The notes under the pieces: model-generated
Seen by the model: the letters and a program-made list of their open reading frames with translations, nothing else
Told to the model about the DNA's origin: nothing
Database searches by the model: none
Assembly: GCA_009784615.1 (NCBI GenBank)
Contig: WRBJ01000005.1
Location: 4,775 to 68,774, forward strand
Source: Defluviitaleaceae bacterium
GTDB lineage: Bacteria; Bacillota; Clostridia; Lachnospirales; WRAX01
Length of the DNA stretch: 64,000 bases
Direction: 5' to 3'
Shown: positions 32,755 to 42,620 of the stretch, piece by piece
How the letters are laid out: each line of letters opens with the position of its first letter
How positions within the stretch are numbered: position 1 is the first letter of the stretch
Position numbers and translations under genes: made by a program

Positions 32755-34734
32755 TTAGTGTAATTGTGAAGGATGTAATGTAAATATGGCATTGGGTTCG
32801 CCTACAAAGGCTATTCTGCCGCCGTGGGGCAGGACTATTGTGTTTCTTGGCTGTCTTTCTAACGAGGTTGCTATGGGGTTCATTCTGTCGTCATATACAA
32901 ACCACGAGCCATTAGCGGGTGTTGTTATTTGGAAGGTTTGCCCAGCATATTCGTCATCAATATCCACCCAAATGGCATTGTCTGTTATTGCAACTTGACC
33001 ATTAAGCTCGGAGAATCTTTTTGCAAATGCCGCATCCATAAAAACTCTATCACCGTGGTTAAGTTCTATAAATTTTACACCATCTTGCACAAATATTCTT
33101 ATATCCACACCATCACGACCGCCCATTGTAGGAATTGTTGAAAATGCTTGGGCATTATTTTCGTCTATAATCCGAACAGATGAAGGTCTGACATTGGCGG
33201 TTTGTATGTTACTTGCTGTTACAAAACCTGATATTAAACTATGTGTTTGCACCGCAAATACGTGAGATGAAATATATGACAACGAGCTATGTCTTTCGTT
33301 TACCAATAAAAATTCCCTATTACTTCGTATATCCCACGCAGATTGCGCACTTTGCGTAGCGGTATTTGGCTCTAGTCTTTGTGCAAATGGTGCGGATGTA
33401 GCGATTATTCCCAAACCAGGTAAGTCGCTGTATGTTTGTACCAAAATATAATTATCATAGAAAGTTATTAACGATGTAGCATATGCATCTTGATTAAGCC
33501 TACCCGCTATAACGGCAAGGCTATTGCCATCTATTGACACAAAAACGCCATCAGTGTTGTGTAAAAATTCTAGCGGTCGGTCGGTAAAACCCGCTATGGG
33601 ATGCATTAGCATAGTATAATCTGTAAAATCAATTCTAAATAGCTCGTTTGAAACACCTGTGTCATAAATGCTTCCTGCCTTGGTTTTGATGTTGCTTGGT
33701 ATTAGGGCGGGTTCAAGATTAAGTTCTGGCATATTGATTGTGGTGTCGGATGGTATCAAGCCTTCTTCCATCAATATTTCAAGTATAATTGCGTGTACAA
33801 TTGGGTTAACCTCAACATCACTGCCAGAAGCCGAAATTGCTACGGCAAGATTAAATTCGGGTATAACGGTTAAATCTGTAGAAAACCCATTTGTTCTACC
33901 GCCTTTACTTAATGCTTGTATGCCTAATGTATTAAATGGATATAAATCCACAACATCCCAACCCAAACCGTAGCGGAACACAGTGTTTGCGTTTGGCAAC
34001 AAATCCATTTTATGTTGTATACTATTCATTTCATTAACAGATTTTGGAGAAAGAATTATACCATCGGCGTTGTCCATAAAAATTTGACCAAATCGAGCTA
34101 AATCCTCCATTGTGGCATATAACCCGCCGCTACCAATAACACCCAGGGATTCTGGCAATAAGCGTGAGCCGTTTAAATATACAGGTGCCATTCTATCACG
34201 GTCAAAATCGCTTTGCGGTGAAACAAAGTTTGCTATACCCAGCGGCTCAAAAAGCTCTTGTTTTATAAAATTTGTGAAACTAATACCACTAACACGCTCT
34301 ATCAAAATTTCTGCCACAGTAAAGCCGTCGTTGTTGTAAATGGAGCGTTCGCCGGGGTGGTGTATAAGCCGCTGATTGCTTAATATACCCAAAAAATTAT
34401 CAATATAATATGTGCTACTATCACCTGCAAGCATTGCATTGCCCCATACCGTACCCATAAAGCCTGCCGAGTGGTTAAGAAGCATACGTGGTGTGATATA
34501 AACATATCGTGGGTCGTTCATTGTAAAATCTGGCATATAGGTTGATATGGGTTCGTCTAAATCGACCATACCCATATCAACCAGCCTCATCACGGCGGCG
34601 GATGTAACCAATTTGCTTGTAGAGCCTATTCCGTACAACATTCTTCCATCATCTTTTGTATTGCTTGCTTGAACCACAGTTGCAGGAATGGCTAATATAA
34701 ACAAGCCCAACAAAAATAACAATATCCTTTTCAT
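32755..34734 (-). CDS. secreted beta-lactamase-fold serine hydrolase (class C / PBP4*-like) with a large C-terminal extension
   Basis: Signal peptide, STSK (SxxK) and YNNDGF (YxN) motifs. 659 aa. It starts 10 nt after the ABC permease stop. Confidence 0.75.
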   Translation of the reverse strand: MKRILLFLLGLFILAIPATVVQASNTKDDGRMLYGIGSTSKLVTSAAVMRLVDMGMVDLDEPISTYMPDFTMNDPRYVYITPRMLLNHSAGFMGTVWGNAMLAGDSSTYYIDNFLGILSNQRLIHHPGERSIYNNDGFTVAEILIERVSGISFTNFIKQELFEPLGIANFVSPQSDFDRDRMAPVYLNGSRLLPESLGVIGSGGLYATMEDLARFGQIFMDNADGIILSPKSVNEMNSIQHKMDLLPNANTVFRYGLGWDVVDLYPFNTLGIQALSKGGRTNGFSTDLTVIPEFNLAVAISASGSDVEVNPIVHAIILEILMEEGLIPSDTTINMPELNLEPALIPSNIKTKAGSIYDTGVSNELFRIDFTDYTMLMHPIAGFTDRPLEFLHNTDGVFVSIDGNSLAVIAGRLNQDAYATSLITFYDNYILVQTYSDLPGLGIIATSAPFAQRLEPNTATQSAQSAWDIRSNREFLLVNERHSSLSYISSHVFAVQTHSLISGFVTASNIQTANVRPSSVRIIDENNAQAFSTIPTMGGRDGVDIRIFVQDGVKFIELNHGDRVFMDAAFAKRFSELNGQVAITDNAIWVDIDDEYAGQTFQITTPANGSWFVYDDRMNPIATSLERQPRNTIVLPHGGRIAFVGEPNAIFTLHPSQLH

Positions 34735-34744
34735 ACAAATCCTC

Positions 34745-37255
34745 CTAATCGGTTAATAGCTCGTAAACGGTGATTTTTTTAATTCGCATTGCTGATAGAT
34801 GTGCAACAAGATAGGTGATTGTCAATATAGCTACACCAATAGTTGCGACGATAATAGGGCTTATGGTGACTGAGAAATTTAAAGCACCCATCGCCGCCGT
34901 AGCGACACCCATCATAGGTCCAAATAATATTGCGCCAACAATACACCCTGCCGCAACACCAATTGCTGTCATAGGTAAAAAGCTGACAGCCATTTGTTTT
35001 ACAAGCTGGCGTGTTGTATAGCCGCTGGATTTTAATATGCCCAGCTCTCTACGGCGTTTGGCTACAATAGAGCGTATGGTCATTGACAAAACGATTGAAA
35101 CGATAATCAATGATATTGCAAATATCATCTGTGCAAGCGTTGTTATTGCCCCCGCTAGGTTTTGAACCGTTGCCATACCTTGCTCATAGTTATTTGTTAT
35201 TCTTTCAATTTGAAAATCTGCCGATGTGCCGCTTATTACTATCTCGCCGTCTAGCATTACTGCAAAATCTATGCTATCAACATTAAAATGCTCAAGATAA
35301 AACGCTATGCGCTCCTCGGCTCTGGCTCTGGATGCGGCAAAACCTTCACCTTCCACTTCACGAAACACATTTAAAACACCAAATTGCCTAGCTACTTTTT
35401 CGGAAAAATCTTCAAAGGCTACACCCTCGTTTAAATACACATTTATGGTGCTTCTTGCAAAATCGGGGTTTAGTCTGTGCATACCTTCAAGAGTTATAGC
35501 AGAGCTATTTGTTAGCTCTATAGTGGAAAAATATCCCGTTAGGATAAACTCTTGCGTTATGCCCGCCGCCGTTACCATAACGCCGTCGCCTATTTCTACA
35601 CCCAATTGGCGAGCAAAGATACGTGGCATAGCTATTTCGTTGCTATATATAGGCATACGGCCTATTTGTGCTACAAAGGTTTCTAGCTGTGAATAATCAT
35701 CTGAAACACGATTCATTATCGCATCAATACCATTGATTTTATAGTTAATAAAATCTAACATTGATGTCATACGCACCTCTGGCATTTGCTCTAATTGCTC
35801 GGCAAGTGCAAAAGCGTCGGTATGTCTGGTTACGGTTATCGTTACTTCATTTGTTTCAAAACCAGCTATCCCTGCAATGCCAGAAGGGTCTACTACTAGG
35901 TTTTGATATAGAGCCGTTATAAATATAATAGCAAATGTTGCACTGGCTATTACGACACCTATCATCGCATACAATTTGAAATATGCAAACATATTTTTAA
36001 AACCCAACCTAATATGCACACTGCCTTTAAACCTATTAAGTGGGAAGAAATTGCGGCGGAAATTGTTTGTAGCTATGCCACCACGCAAGGCTGTAACGGG
36101 CGTAAGATGCTTTATTCTACGTGCGGAAATTATTACAATCAATAGTATAATGGCAATAATTGCTAGGGCACCAATTATACCACCAATAATATTCACATTT
36201 AGCAAAATAGGCATACTGGTCATTTCAAACAGCATTTGGTTAATTATACCAAACAAAGGAGATATTGCTACTATGCCCAAAAATGCTGCAGGAATTGTTA
36301 CTGCACCGTATTCTAATATATAACAACTTATAATTTGGCGGCTGGTATAACCTTGCGCTTTTAAAACGCCTATTTCGTGCATTGTGTTTTCTATACTGTT
36401 TTGTATCCTAAAACGGATAACAAGAACAGAAATTATTGTAAGTATAAATGCAAATAGCAAAATAATTGCAACAAATATCGATAATGCCGCCATAGCGTCA
36501 AGTATATCTTGTATGCTAAGCATAAATGCACCGCCGCCCGATGCAAACACAGATATGTCTATATCAATTTGGTCTGAAAAATCTTGATTAAACTGCCTAG
36601 AATCTTCTAAATTATGGAGCATAGTCGTCATCCAAACAGCGCGGCTAAAATATCTGGTTAGACGTTCATAACTTTCTGCGGTAGCGTAGAATTTCGCAGT
36701 TCCAAATTCTGGATTTGACAAAATCGCTGTTTCAAAAAAGCCTGCAACTATAAAATCTACTTCCCTGTTTCTATGTTCGATTACAAATGGACTGCCAATT
36801 TCATAACCAACAGTTTTCCAAATTATAGGTAAATATATTGAAATGTTGCTTGGTATGCTTATATCTTCTTCGACAACTATCGGTACAGATATTGTCGCAG
36901 ATGCGCCAATATAGCCTATAACCGCATTAATTTCACGCGATGTTACATATTCCACATTTGCCCCATTGGCAATCAAAACGTCTGTTTGTTCAAATAAAGC
37001 TACACGGCTGTCATTTTCAATAATTTCGGCAAAAGATGAATGATAGTCCGACCTAGAGATAATGAAAAGGCTGTGCGCGCTATTTGTTCGCTCTATAGTT
37101 TCCAATATACTATCTTCAGAATTAATTAACAAAGTTAGTGATATGGTCGTCAAGGCAGATATAATAAGGATAATAACAAACAACGCCACAGCCGCACCTT
37201 TGTTGCGCAAAACATTTGCCTTTGCTATGTGCGATATCTTTTTCACATCTACCAC
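34745..37255 (-). CDS. ABC transporter permease with two FtsX/MacB-type modules (836 aa)
   Basis: Two blocks of four TM helices, each preceded by a large extracytoplasmic domain. It overlaps the ATPase gene by 7 nt. Confidence 0.85.
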   Translation of the reverse strand: MVDVKKISHIAKANVLRNKGAAVALFVIILIISALTTISLTLLINSEDSILETIERTNSAHSLFIISRSDYHSSFAEIIENDSRVALFEQTDVLIANGANVEYVTSREINAVIGYIGASATISVPIVVEEDISIPSNISIYLPIIWKTVGYEIGSPFVIEHRNREVDFIVAGFFETAILSNPEFGTAKFYATAESYERLTRYFSRAVWMTTMLHNLEDSRQFNQDFSDQIDIDISVFASGGGAFMLSIQDILDAMAALSIFVAIILLFAFILTIISVLVIRFRIQNSIENTMHEIGVLKAQGYTSRQIISCYILEYGAVTIPAAFLGIVAISPLFGIINQMLFEMTSMPILLNVNIIGGIIGALAIIAIILLIVIISARRIKHLTPVTALRGGIATNNFRRNFFPLNRFKGSVHIRLGFKNMFAYFKLYAMIGVVIASATFAIIFITALYQNLVVDPSGIAGIAGFETNEVTITVTRHTDAFALAEQLEQMPEVRMTSMLDFINYKINGIDAIMNRVSDDYSQLETFVAQIGRMPIYSNEIAMPRIFARQLGVEIGDGVMVTAAGITQEFILTGYFSTIELTNSSAITLEGMHRLNPDFARSTINVYLNEGVAFEDFSEKVARQFGVLNVFREVEGEGFAASRARAEERIAFYLEHFNVDSIDFAVMLDGEIVISGTSADFQIERITNNYEQGMATVQNLAGAITTLAQMIFAISLIIVSIVLSMTIRSIVAKRRRELGILKSSGYTTRQLVKQMAVSFLPMTAIGVAAGCIVGAILFGPMMGVATAAMGALNFSVTISPIIVATIGVAILTITYLVAHLSAMRIKKITVYELLTD

Positions 37256-38007
37256 CCCATCTCATCTAGGAATTTTTGCAATTTTTCCATACGTTTTGCT
37301 GTGTCGTCGCCTATATATGGCGGCAAGGCTAGCTCGCCATACACCGCACCATCACGCAGATATATTATTTTGTTGCCACGCACCGCTGTTTTTAGGTCGT
37401 GGGTTACCATCACTATGCTCTGACCGCTTGTGTGTACTTCGCTCATAATATCCAATACCTTTATGCTGGATGATGAATTTAATGCGCCTGTTGGCTCGTC
37501 AGCAAAAAGCAGGGTGGGGTTGTTTATTAATGCACGCACTATGCCTACACGTTGCGCTTCGCCACCCGATAGCTGGCTGGGAAATTTGCCCCATAGCTCT
37601 TTTTTAAGCCCAACACGTTCAAACAAAGTTATGGCATATTTTTCAATCTCTTTTTTATCGCTAGATAATAAATACGCACCTGTAAGCACATTGTCCATAA
37701 CGCTCATATTATCCATCAGATGTATTTGCTGAAAAACAAAACCGCAGTTTTTGCGGCGAAATATCGCAAGTTGGTCGTTTGTATAGGTCGCAATATTTTC
37801 TTCATTAAACCAAACATCGCCCAATGTTGGCTTGTCCATACCAGATATAGAATACAACAGTGTGCTTTTACCGCTACCCGATGCTCCCATTATTACGGTA
37901 AAAGCACCTTTTTCTATCTGCAAATCTAGGTTTTTAATGATGTGTATCTGCGTACCGCCTGTGCTAAAAGACTTGCATAATTTTTTTGTGTTTATTACAA
38001 ATTCCAT
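37249..38007 (-). CDS. ABC transporter ATP-binding protein (MacB/LolD/BceA-like)
   Basis: Walker [10 protein letters not shown], signature LSGGEAQR, Walker B LLFADEPT. Confidence 0.93.
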   Translation of the reverse strand: MEFVINTKKLCKSFSTGGTQIHIIKNLDLQIEKGAFTVIMGASGSGKSTLLYSISGMDKPTLGDVWFNEENIATYTNDQLAIFRRKNCGFVFQQIHLMDNMSVMDNVLTGAYLLSSDKKEIEKYAITLFERVGLKKELWGKFPSQLSGGEAQRVGIVRALINNPTLLFADEPTGALNSSSSIKVLDIMSEVHTSGQSIVMVTHDLKTAVRGNKIIYLRDGAVYGELALPPYIGDDTAKRMEKLQKFLDEMGW

Positions 38008-38095
38008 ACTTTATTCCTCCCGTTTCGTATGTTATAATAAAAGTGATGATGTCAGTATACTATAAACTGTAATAGGTTTGCTTTAATAATTAGCT

Positions 38096-38117
38096 ATTAA
38101 TTTCTTATTAATTTCTT
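38096..38117. promoter_or_regulatory. perfect tandem 11-bp direct repeat (ATTAATTTCTT x2); candidate OmpR-family response-regulator binding site
   Basis: The units lie at 38096-38106 and 38107-38117, in the divergent region between the ABC operon and the regulator gene. Confidence 0.45.
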
Positions 38118-38137
38118 AACATTTTTCTACGAGAGGT

Positions 38138-38842
38138 GTGATTTTTATACTTGATTGTTTGATAATTGACGATGATGCAAATATAGCAGAAACAATATGC
38201 GAGTATTTCTCGCTTTTTGACCTTAGTTGCGACTATGCAACTGATTTTGATAAAGGCATTAAAATGGCGCAAGAAAACAAGCCTTCTCTTATAATTTTAG
38301 ACATAAATTTAGGAGATGAATCTGGCTTTGTTTTATGTAAAAAATTAAGAGAAACATCCGATATGCCTATTATTTTTATAAGCGCAAGAAGTACGGATGA
38401 TGATATTTTGGTGGCTCTTGGCATTGGTGGTGATGATTATGTGGCAAAGCCATTTTCAATGTCGGTGTTGCTTGCTAGGGCAAAGGCTATATTAAGGCGC
38501 AGTGTGCAAACGCCAAAAACAGACAATGCCGTGCGTGATATTATACAATTTGGCAATGTTGAAATAGATAGGGGCAACGACCGTGTAACCCGAAATGGGG
38601 AAATTGTAAAGTTAAAACCTTTGGAGTTAAAGCTGCTTTTGTATTTAATTGATAATAGTGATAAAAGGGTAACCAAGGATGAGCTGTTGGATAAAGTGTG
38701 GGGTGACAGCTTTATAGGCGAGGGGACGTTAAGTGTTCACATACGCCATTTGCGTGAAAAATTGGAAGATAACCCAAGCTCGCCACAATATATAAAAACG
38801 ATTTGGGGAAGCGGTTATATGTTTGAAAGGTCGGCAGAATGA
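38138..38842 (+). CDS. OmpR/PhoB-family response regulator; start codon uncertain
   Basis: Receiver domain (IIDDD, ILDINLGDESG, PIIFISA) and winged-helix output domain (RHLREKLE, IKTIWGSGY). GTG 38138 sits only 1 nt after GAGAGG, so the true start may be downstream. Confidence 0.88.
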   Translation: MIFILDCLIIDDDANIAETICEYFSLFDLSCDYATDFDKGIKMAQENKPSLIILDINLGDESGFVLCKKLRETSDMPIIFISARSTDDDILVALGIGGDDYVAKPFSMSVLLARAKAILRRSVQTPKTDNAVRDIIQFGNVEIDRGNDRVTRNGEIVKLKPLELKLLLYLIDNSDKRVTKDELLDKVWGDSFIGEGTLSVHIRHLREKLEDNPSSPQYIKTIWGSGYMFERSAE

Positions 38843-40101
38843 AAAAATATATTATTATTTATACAATAATAACGATTGCTATTTTAGCAGGCTTTTTTAT
38901 TTTGTTTATGTCGGATAATACTGCAACAACCCAAATGGTTGACACGGTAGAAATTAACCATATTATACAACAGATTACTTTGAATTGGGAAAATATAGAA
39001 CTTTTAGAGCAAATTGCTTTTTCGTACCCATTCTTCATTATAGACGATTATGGTCAAGCTGTATATTCATCTATAAAAGACTTACCAACCAATATACATA
39101 CCGCTATAGCCCAAGGTTTTTTGCCGATGAATATTGATATAAATGGTCGCAATATGGGTACAGTTTTAATTGAAACCATCCGACCAAATAAAGGTATATA
39201 TGTTAGATTTTATATTGTAATCATAACTTTTGCGCTATTGCTTTTAACTGTCGCAATATTTCTTATATTTATATATAAGTCGATAATCTTGCCGTTTAAG
39301 CGCATCCAACATTTTGCCCATAAAATATCCATCGGTATATTGGACGAACAGCTGCCGATTAGCAAAAATAACCCTTTTGGGCTTTTTACGCAAAGTTTTG
39401 ATATTATGCGAGCCTCATTGCTAGAAGCTCGCCAAAAACAAATAATAGCAGAACGTGCAAAAAAGGAACTAATTGCGTCGTTAAGCCACGATATTAAAAC
39501 ACCTATAACATCAATTAAACTAACTATAGAGCTTTTGCAGATAAAAAACAATGACCCCGCCACCGCTGAAAAATTAAAAATAATAGAAACAAAAGCAAAT
39601 CAGATAAACGCATTAATGAACGATATTTTACACAGTACATTGGAAGAATTGGGAGAATTACAAATAAGTCTTTCAAGTGAAGACAGCAGTATTTTAAGCG
39701 ACCTATTTAAAAATTCTGACCATCTATCCAAAACTAAACTAAGCCCGATACCTTCTTGTCTTATTGAAATTGATAAAGTAAGAATGGAGCAGGTAATTGG
39801 CAATATCATAGCTAATTCATACAAATACGCAGATACAAATATTGATGTTAATTTCAATATTCAAGGAAAGGGTCTGCAAATTGACATCATTGATTATGGA
39901 GATGGGATAGAGTCAGATGAAATAGAGCTTGTTGCCACAAAATTCTATCGTGGAAAAAACGCAAAAATTTTGCAAAAAGAAGGCGAAGGCTTAGGTCTGT
40001 ATATAGCTAAATTATTGATAGAAAAAATGGGTGGCGCCTTAGAAGTTCTTAATCACAACAATGGTTTCGCCATTAGAATATGGATAAATCTTTCGTTTTG
40101 A
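38839..40101 (+). CDS. sensor histidine kinase
   Basis: Two TM helices flank a loop of about 100 aa. H-box SLSHDIKTP, N-box NSYKY, G-box GEGLGLYIAK. Overlaps the regulator stop. Confidence 0.9.
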   Translation: MKKYIIIYTIITIAILAGFFILFMSDNTATTQMVDTVEINHIIQQITLNWENIELLEQIAFSYPFFIIDDYGQAVYSSIKDLPTNIHTAIAQGFLPMNIDINGRNMGTVLIETIRPNKGIYVRFYIVIITFALLLLTVAIFLIFIYKSIILPFKRIQHFAHKISIGILDEQLPISKNNPFGLFTQSFDIMRASLLEARQKQIIAERAKKELIASLSHDIKTPITSIKLTIELLQIKNNDPATAEKLKIIETKANQINALMNDILHSTLEELGELQISLSSEDSSILSDLFKNSDHLSKTKLSPIPSCLIEIDKVRMEQVIGNIIANSYKYADTNIDVNFNIQGKGLQIDIIDYGDGIESDEIELVATKFYRGKNAKILQKEGEGLGLYIAKLLIEKMGGALEVLNHNNGFAIRIWINLSF

Positions 40102-40127
40102 GGTATCAAGTTTTATTTTGACAAAAT

Positions 40128-40153
40128 AAAACAGTGCATAGTGCTACTGTTTT
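40128..40153 (+). terminator. intrinsic terminator after the histidine kinase
   Basis: AAAACAGT...ACTGTTTT with the inner stem GCA/TGC, followed by TTTTAAAA. Confidence 0.6.
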
Positions 40154-40480
40154 AAAATAACACAACTGTTTTATTATCAATTTCAAATTTGCATACATTC
40201 TTGGGTTTTCTGTATTTCTTGACAATGTGATGTCCTTTACATCTTCAACACGCATCTCGCAATGATTTTGTATGCCGTCGCCATCTTGACCAACGTGCCG
40301 ATTTTAGCTTTTGCCTGATATTCTGTAAAAAATAATTCGCTGTTAATATCTAATTGGATAATAAAATCTAACTACATAACACATATCAAGCTAAAATGCA
40401 TAAAAATCCTTTCCTTGTCAAATAATAGCTTTGAATAACTTTTCGTGACTTTTACTTCCAAAATACAAGGAGGAATTATT

Positions 40481-41026
40481 TTGAAGGCAACAGGTATAGT
40501 TAGGCGCATAGACGACCTTGGAAGGGTGGTGATTCCAAAAGAAATCCGCCGCACTTTGCGTATACGTGAAGGCGACCCTTTAGAGATTTTTACTGACCGA
40601 GAAGGCGAGATAATATTGAAAAAATATTCACCAATTGGCGAACTTGGCAATTTTGCTAAAGAGTATACCGAAAGTTTGGCATCAAGTAGCGGTCATATCA
40701 CTTGTATTGTGGATAAAGACCAAATTATTGCCGTGTCGGGTGGAGCTAAAAAAGAGCTGTTTGAAAAGCACATCAGCCCACAGCTGGAAAAAGCAATAAA
40801 TTCACGTAGCACGCAGACGGCGGCACGTGGCGAATCCAATTTTGTGCCGATTTTAGAGGACGACCCCGAAGAATTATATGAAAACCAAATGATAACGCCG
40901 ATAATGGCTGAAGGTGACGTATTGGGCGCAATATTGTTTTTGTCTCCTGATAAAAAAATGGGCGAATTAGAAACAAAATTGGCACAAACCGCCGCAGGTT
41001 TTATTGGCAAGCAAATGGAGCAATAA
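40481..41026 (+). CDS. spoVT: stage V sporulation protein T (AbrB-family N-terminal domain plus GAF-like domain), TTG start
   Basis: (M)KATGIVRRIDDLGRVVIPKEIRRTLRIREGDPLEIF is the canonical SpoVT N-terminus. AAGGAGG lies 7 nt upstream of TTG 40481. Confidence 0.92.
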   Translation: MKATGIVRRIDDLGRVVIPKEIRRTLRIREGDPLEIFTDREGEIILKKYSPIGELGNFAKEYTESLASSSGHITCIVDKDQIIAVSGGAKKELFEKHISPQLEKAINSRSTQTAARGESNFVPILEDDPEELYENQMITPIMAEGDVLGAILFLSPDKKMGELETKLAQTAAGFIGKQMEQ

Positions 41027-41050
41027 TAATCACGAACGATGAATTAAGTA

Positions 41051-41081
41051 AAAGCGGCTAATTTGGATGTAGCCGCTTTTT
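41051..41081 (+). terminator. intrinsic terminator after spoVT
   Basis: AAAGCGGCTA-ATTTGGATG-TAGCCGCTTT followed by TT. Confidence 0.8.
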
Positions 41082-41106
41082 GTGTGGTGATACGTTTTCT
41101 ACAATA

Positions 41107-41137
41107 AAAAGCCAATGGTGTTATGCCATTGGCTTTT
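41107..41137 (-). terminator. intrinsic terminator after the FMN-binding lipoprotein gene (hairpin usable on both strands)
   Basis: AAAAGCCAATGG-TGTTATG-CCATTGGCTTTT. Confidence 0.8.
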
Positions 41138-41155
41138 TATGATGTATAAATTTAA

Positions 41156-42370
41156 CTATCTTCTTGCAGCAGTAATTGCTTGGTTTACAGCGTCAATGAT
41201 ACCACGAGATGTGTAAGTCGCACCACTAACAGTGTTAATACCAGCTGTACTATCTCTGCCTACAAATTGAGCAGAAAGTCTGCCCCATGCTTGGCTCCAA
41301 TAATCGCTACTTTCGCCTTGGCTTACTACAGAAACAGCAGTGATTGCATTGCTATCAAAGGTAACAGTTAAAACGATATTTGCAGGTGAAAGACCACCTT
41401 CGTTGTTAGGGTTGTTAGCATAGCTTTGTGTAGATGTAGCTGTTTGTGAACCTGGGTTGAAGATACCTGCGGCAACAGTAGGAGCGGTAGTAGTTGGCTC
41501 TGTTCCGCCCGCAACAGTTGTAGTGTCTTCAGCAGGTGCTTCAGTTGGGTCTTCATCATCCGGCTCAGTAACATCACCATCATCCGGCTCGGTTACATCT
41601 TCAGCAGGTGGTACAAAACCAATTCTATCCAAAACAGTGTTTACAGCAGCAATAACTGCTTCTGTAGTGCCTGTTGCGCCTGTCCAAACTTCAATACCTT
41701 CTGTGCCTTGGTTAGCAACGATTTGGTCAACAATCATAGGGTGCATCATATTTACGAAAGAAGCAGACTCGTAATTAAAGTTTACAAGAATTTCTTCAAT
41801 AACAGTGTTGTCATCGTTCATTACAACATAAACGTATACATTTTCGTTACCTGGACCAAAACCGCTTGTTCTAGCACCGCCGTCCATTTGCCAGCCGATA
41901 GCACTTGCAGAGAATTGGCTTGTACGGTCAAATTCAGGACGCAATGGGTTTTCAACAGGCTCTAGGTCTACAGCTTCGCCAGCTTCAAAACTAACATATT
42001 CAAATATCATTTCAACAGCCGAAACCAAAGCGTTTGCGGTAGTGGTAGAACCTGTGTTGGTATGGATGCCTTCAAGGGTTTGGTGATATACAATTAAGTC
42101 ACGAATATCACGCACGGCAGGCATAAAGTCTGCGGTTTCGCCAGCAAAATCAGATTCGATAGAAATTAATTCTGAATAGTCTGGGCTGAATTGAACATAT
42201 ACCCAAAAAGTATTAGTGCCGCTGCTACCCCAGCCGTTAACTTCTACACGGTATGTGTTGTTGCCCATTTCTTCTACATCGCTGTCAACTGGGTCAACAG
42301 GGCGTGAACAAGCCGCAAACACAACGATTGCCAAAACAATGGCAAACAAGCCTAAAAATTTCTTTTTCAT
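41156..42370 (-). CDS. surface lipoprotein with three FMN_bind-type domains (PplA-like extracellular flavoprotein)
   Basis: Lipobox VFAAC. C-terminal canonical VSGATYTSRGIIDAVNQA, plus two degenerate copies (NTGSTTTANALVSAV and WTGATGTTEAVIAAV). Acidic Pro/Thr linker. Confidence 0.7.
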   Translation of the reverse strand: MKKKFLGLFAIVLAIVVFAACSRPVDPVDSDVEEMGNNTYRVEVNGWGSSGTNTFWVYVQFSPDYSELISIESDFAGETADFMPAVRDIRDLIVYHQTLEGIHTNTGSTTTANALVSAVEMIFEYVSFEAGEAVDLEPVENPLRPEFDRTSQFSASAIGWQMDGGARTSGFGPGNENVYVYVVMNDDNTVIEEILVNFNYESASFVNMMHPMIVDQIVANQGTEGIEVWTGATGTTEAVIAAVNTVLDRIGFVPPAEDVTEPDDGDVTEPDDEDPTEAPAEDTTTVAGGTEPTTTAPTVAAGIFNPGSQTATSTQSYANNPNNEGGLSPANIVLTVTFDSNAITAVSVVSQGESSDYWSQAWGRLSAQFVGRDSTAGINTVSGATYTSRGIIDAVNQAITAARR

Positions 42371-42620
42371 TTTTGTTTCTCTCCTTTTCGTTTTGTGAAG
42401 CCATTATATTATTTTCGGCTTCTACACTTATTTTATTCTAAATCTAAGCGGCTAAACCGCTATTAGCACGACAAATATTTAACAATCGATGCCAAAATTT
42501 CCTCCAAAGTTTGAAGCCGCCAGATTTAATTTGGGTGCAAAATATGTACCCATTCGCAAAACTTACAACATTCTAACATAGTTATTGAAAAATGTAAAGG
42601 CTTTTTTAGCAGAAACTTCA

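Noticed and set aside
40200-40345. Minus-strand open frame LDFIIQLDINSELFFTEYQAKAKIGTLVKMATAYKIIARCVLKM* in the spoVT upstream region; possible gene remnant
   Set aside because: There is no start codon before an internal ATG that would give only 15 aa, no RBS, and no family I recognise. This cannot be supported as a pseudogene without a database search.
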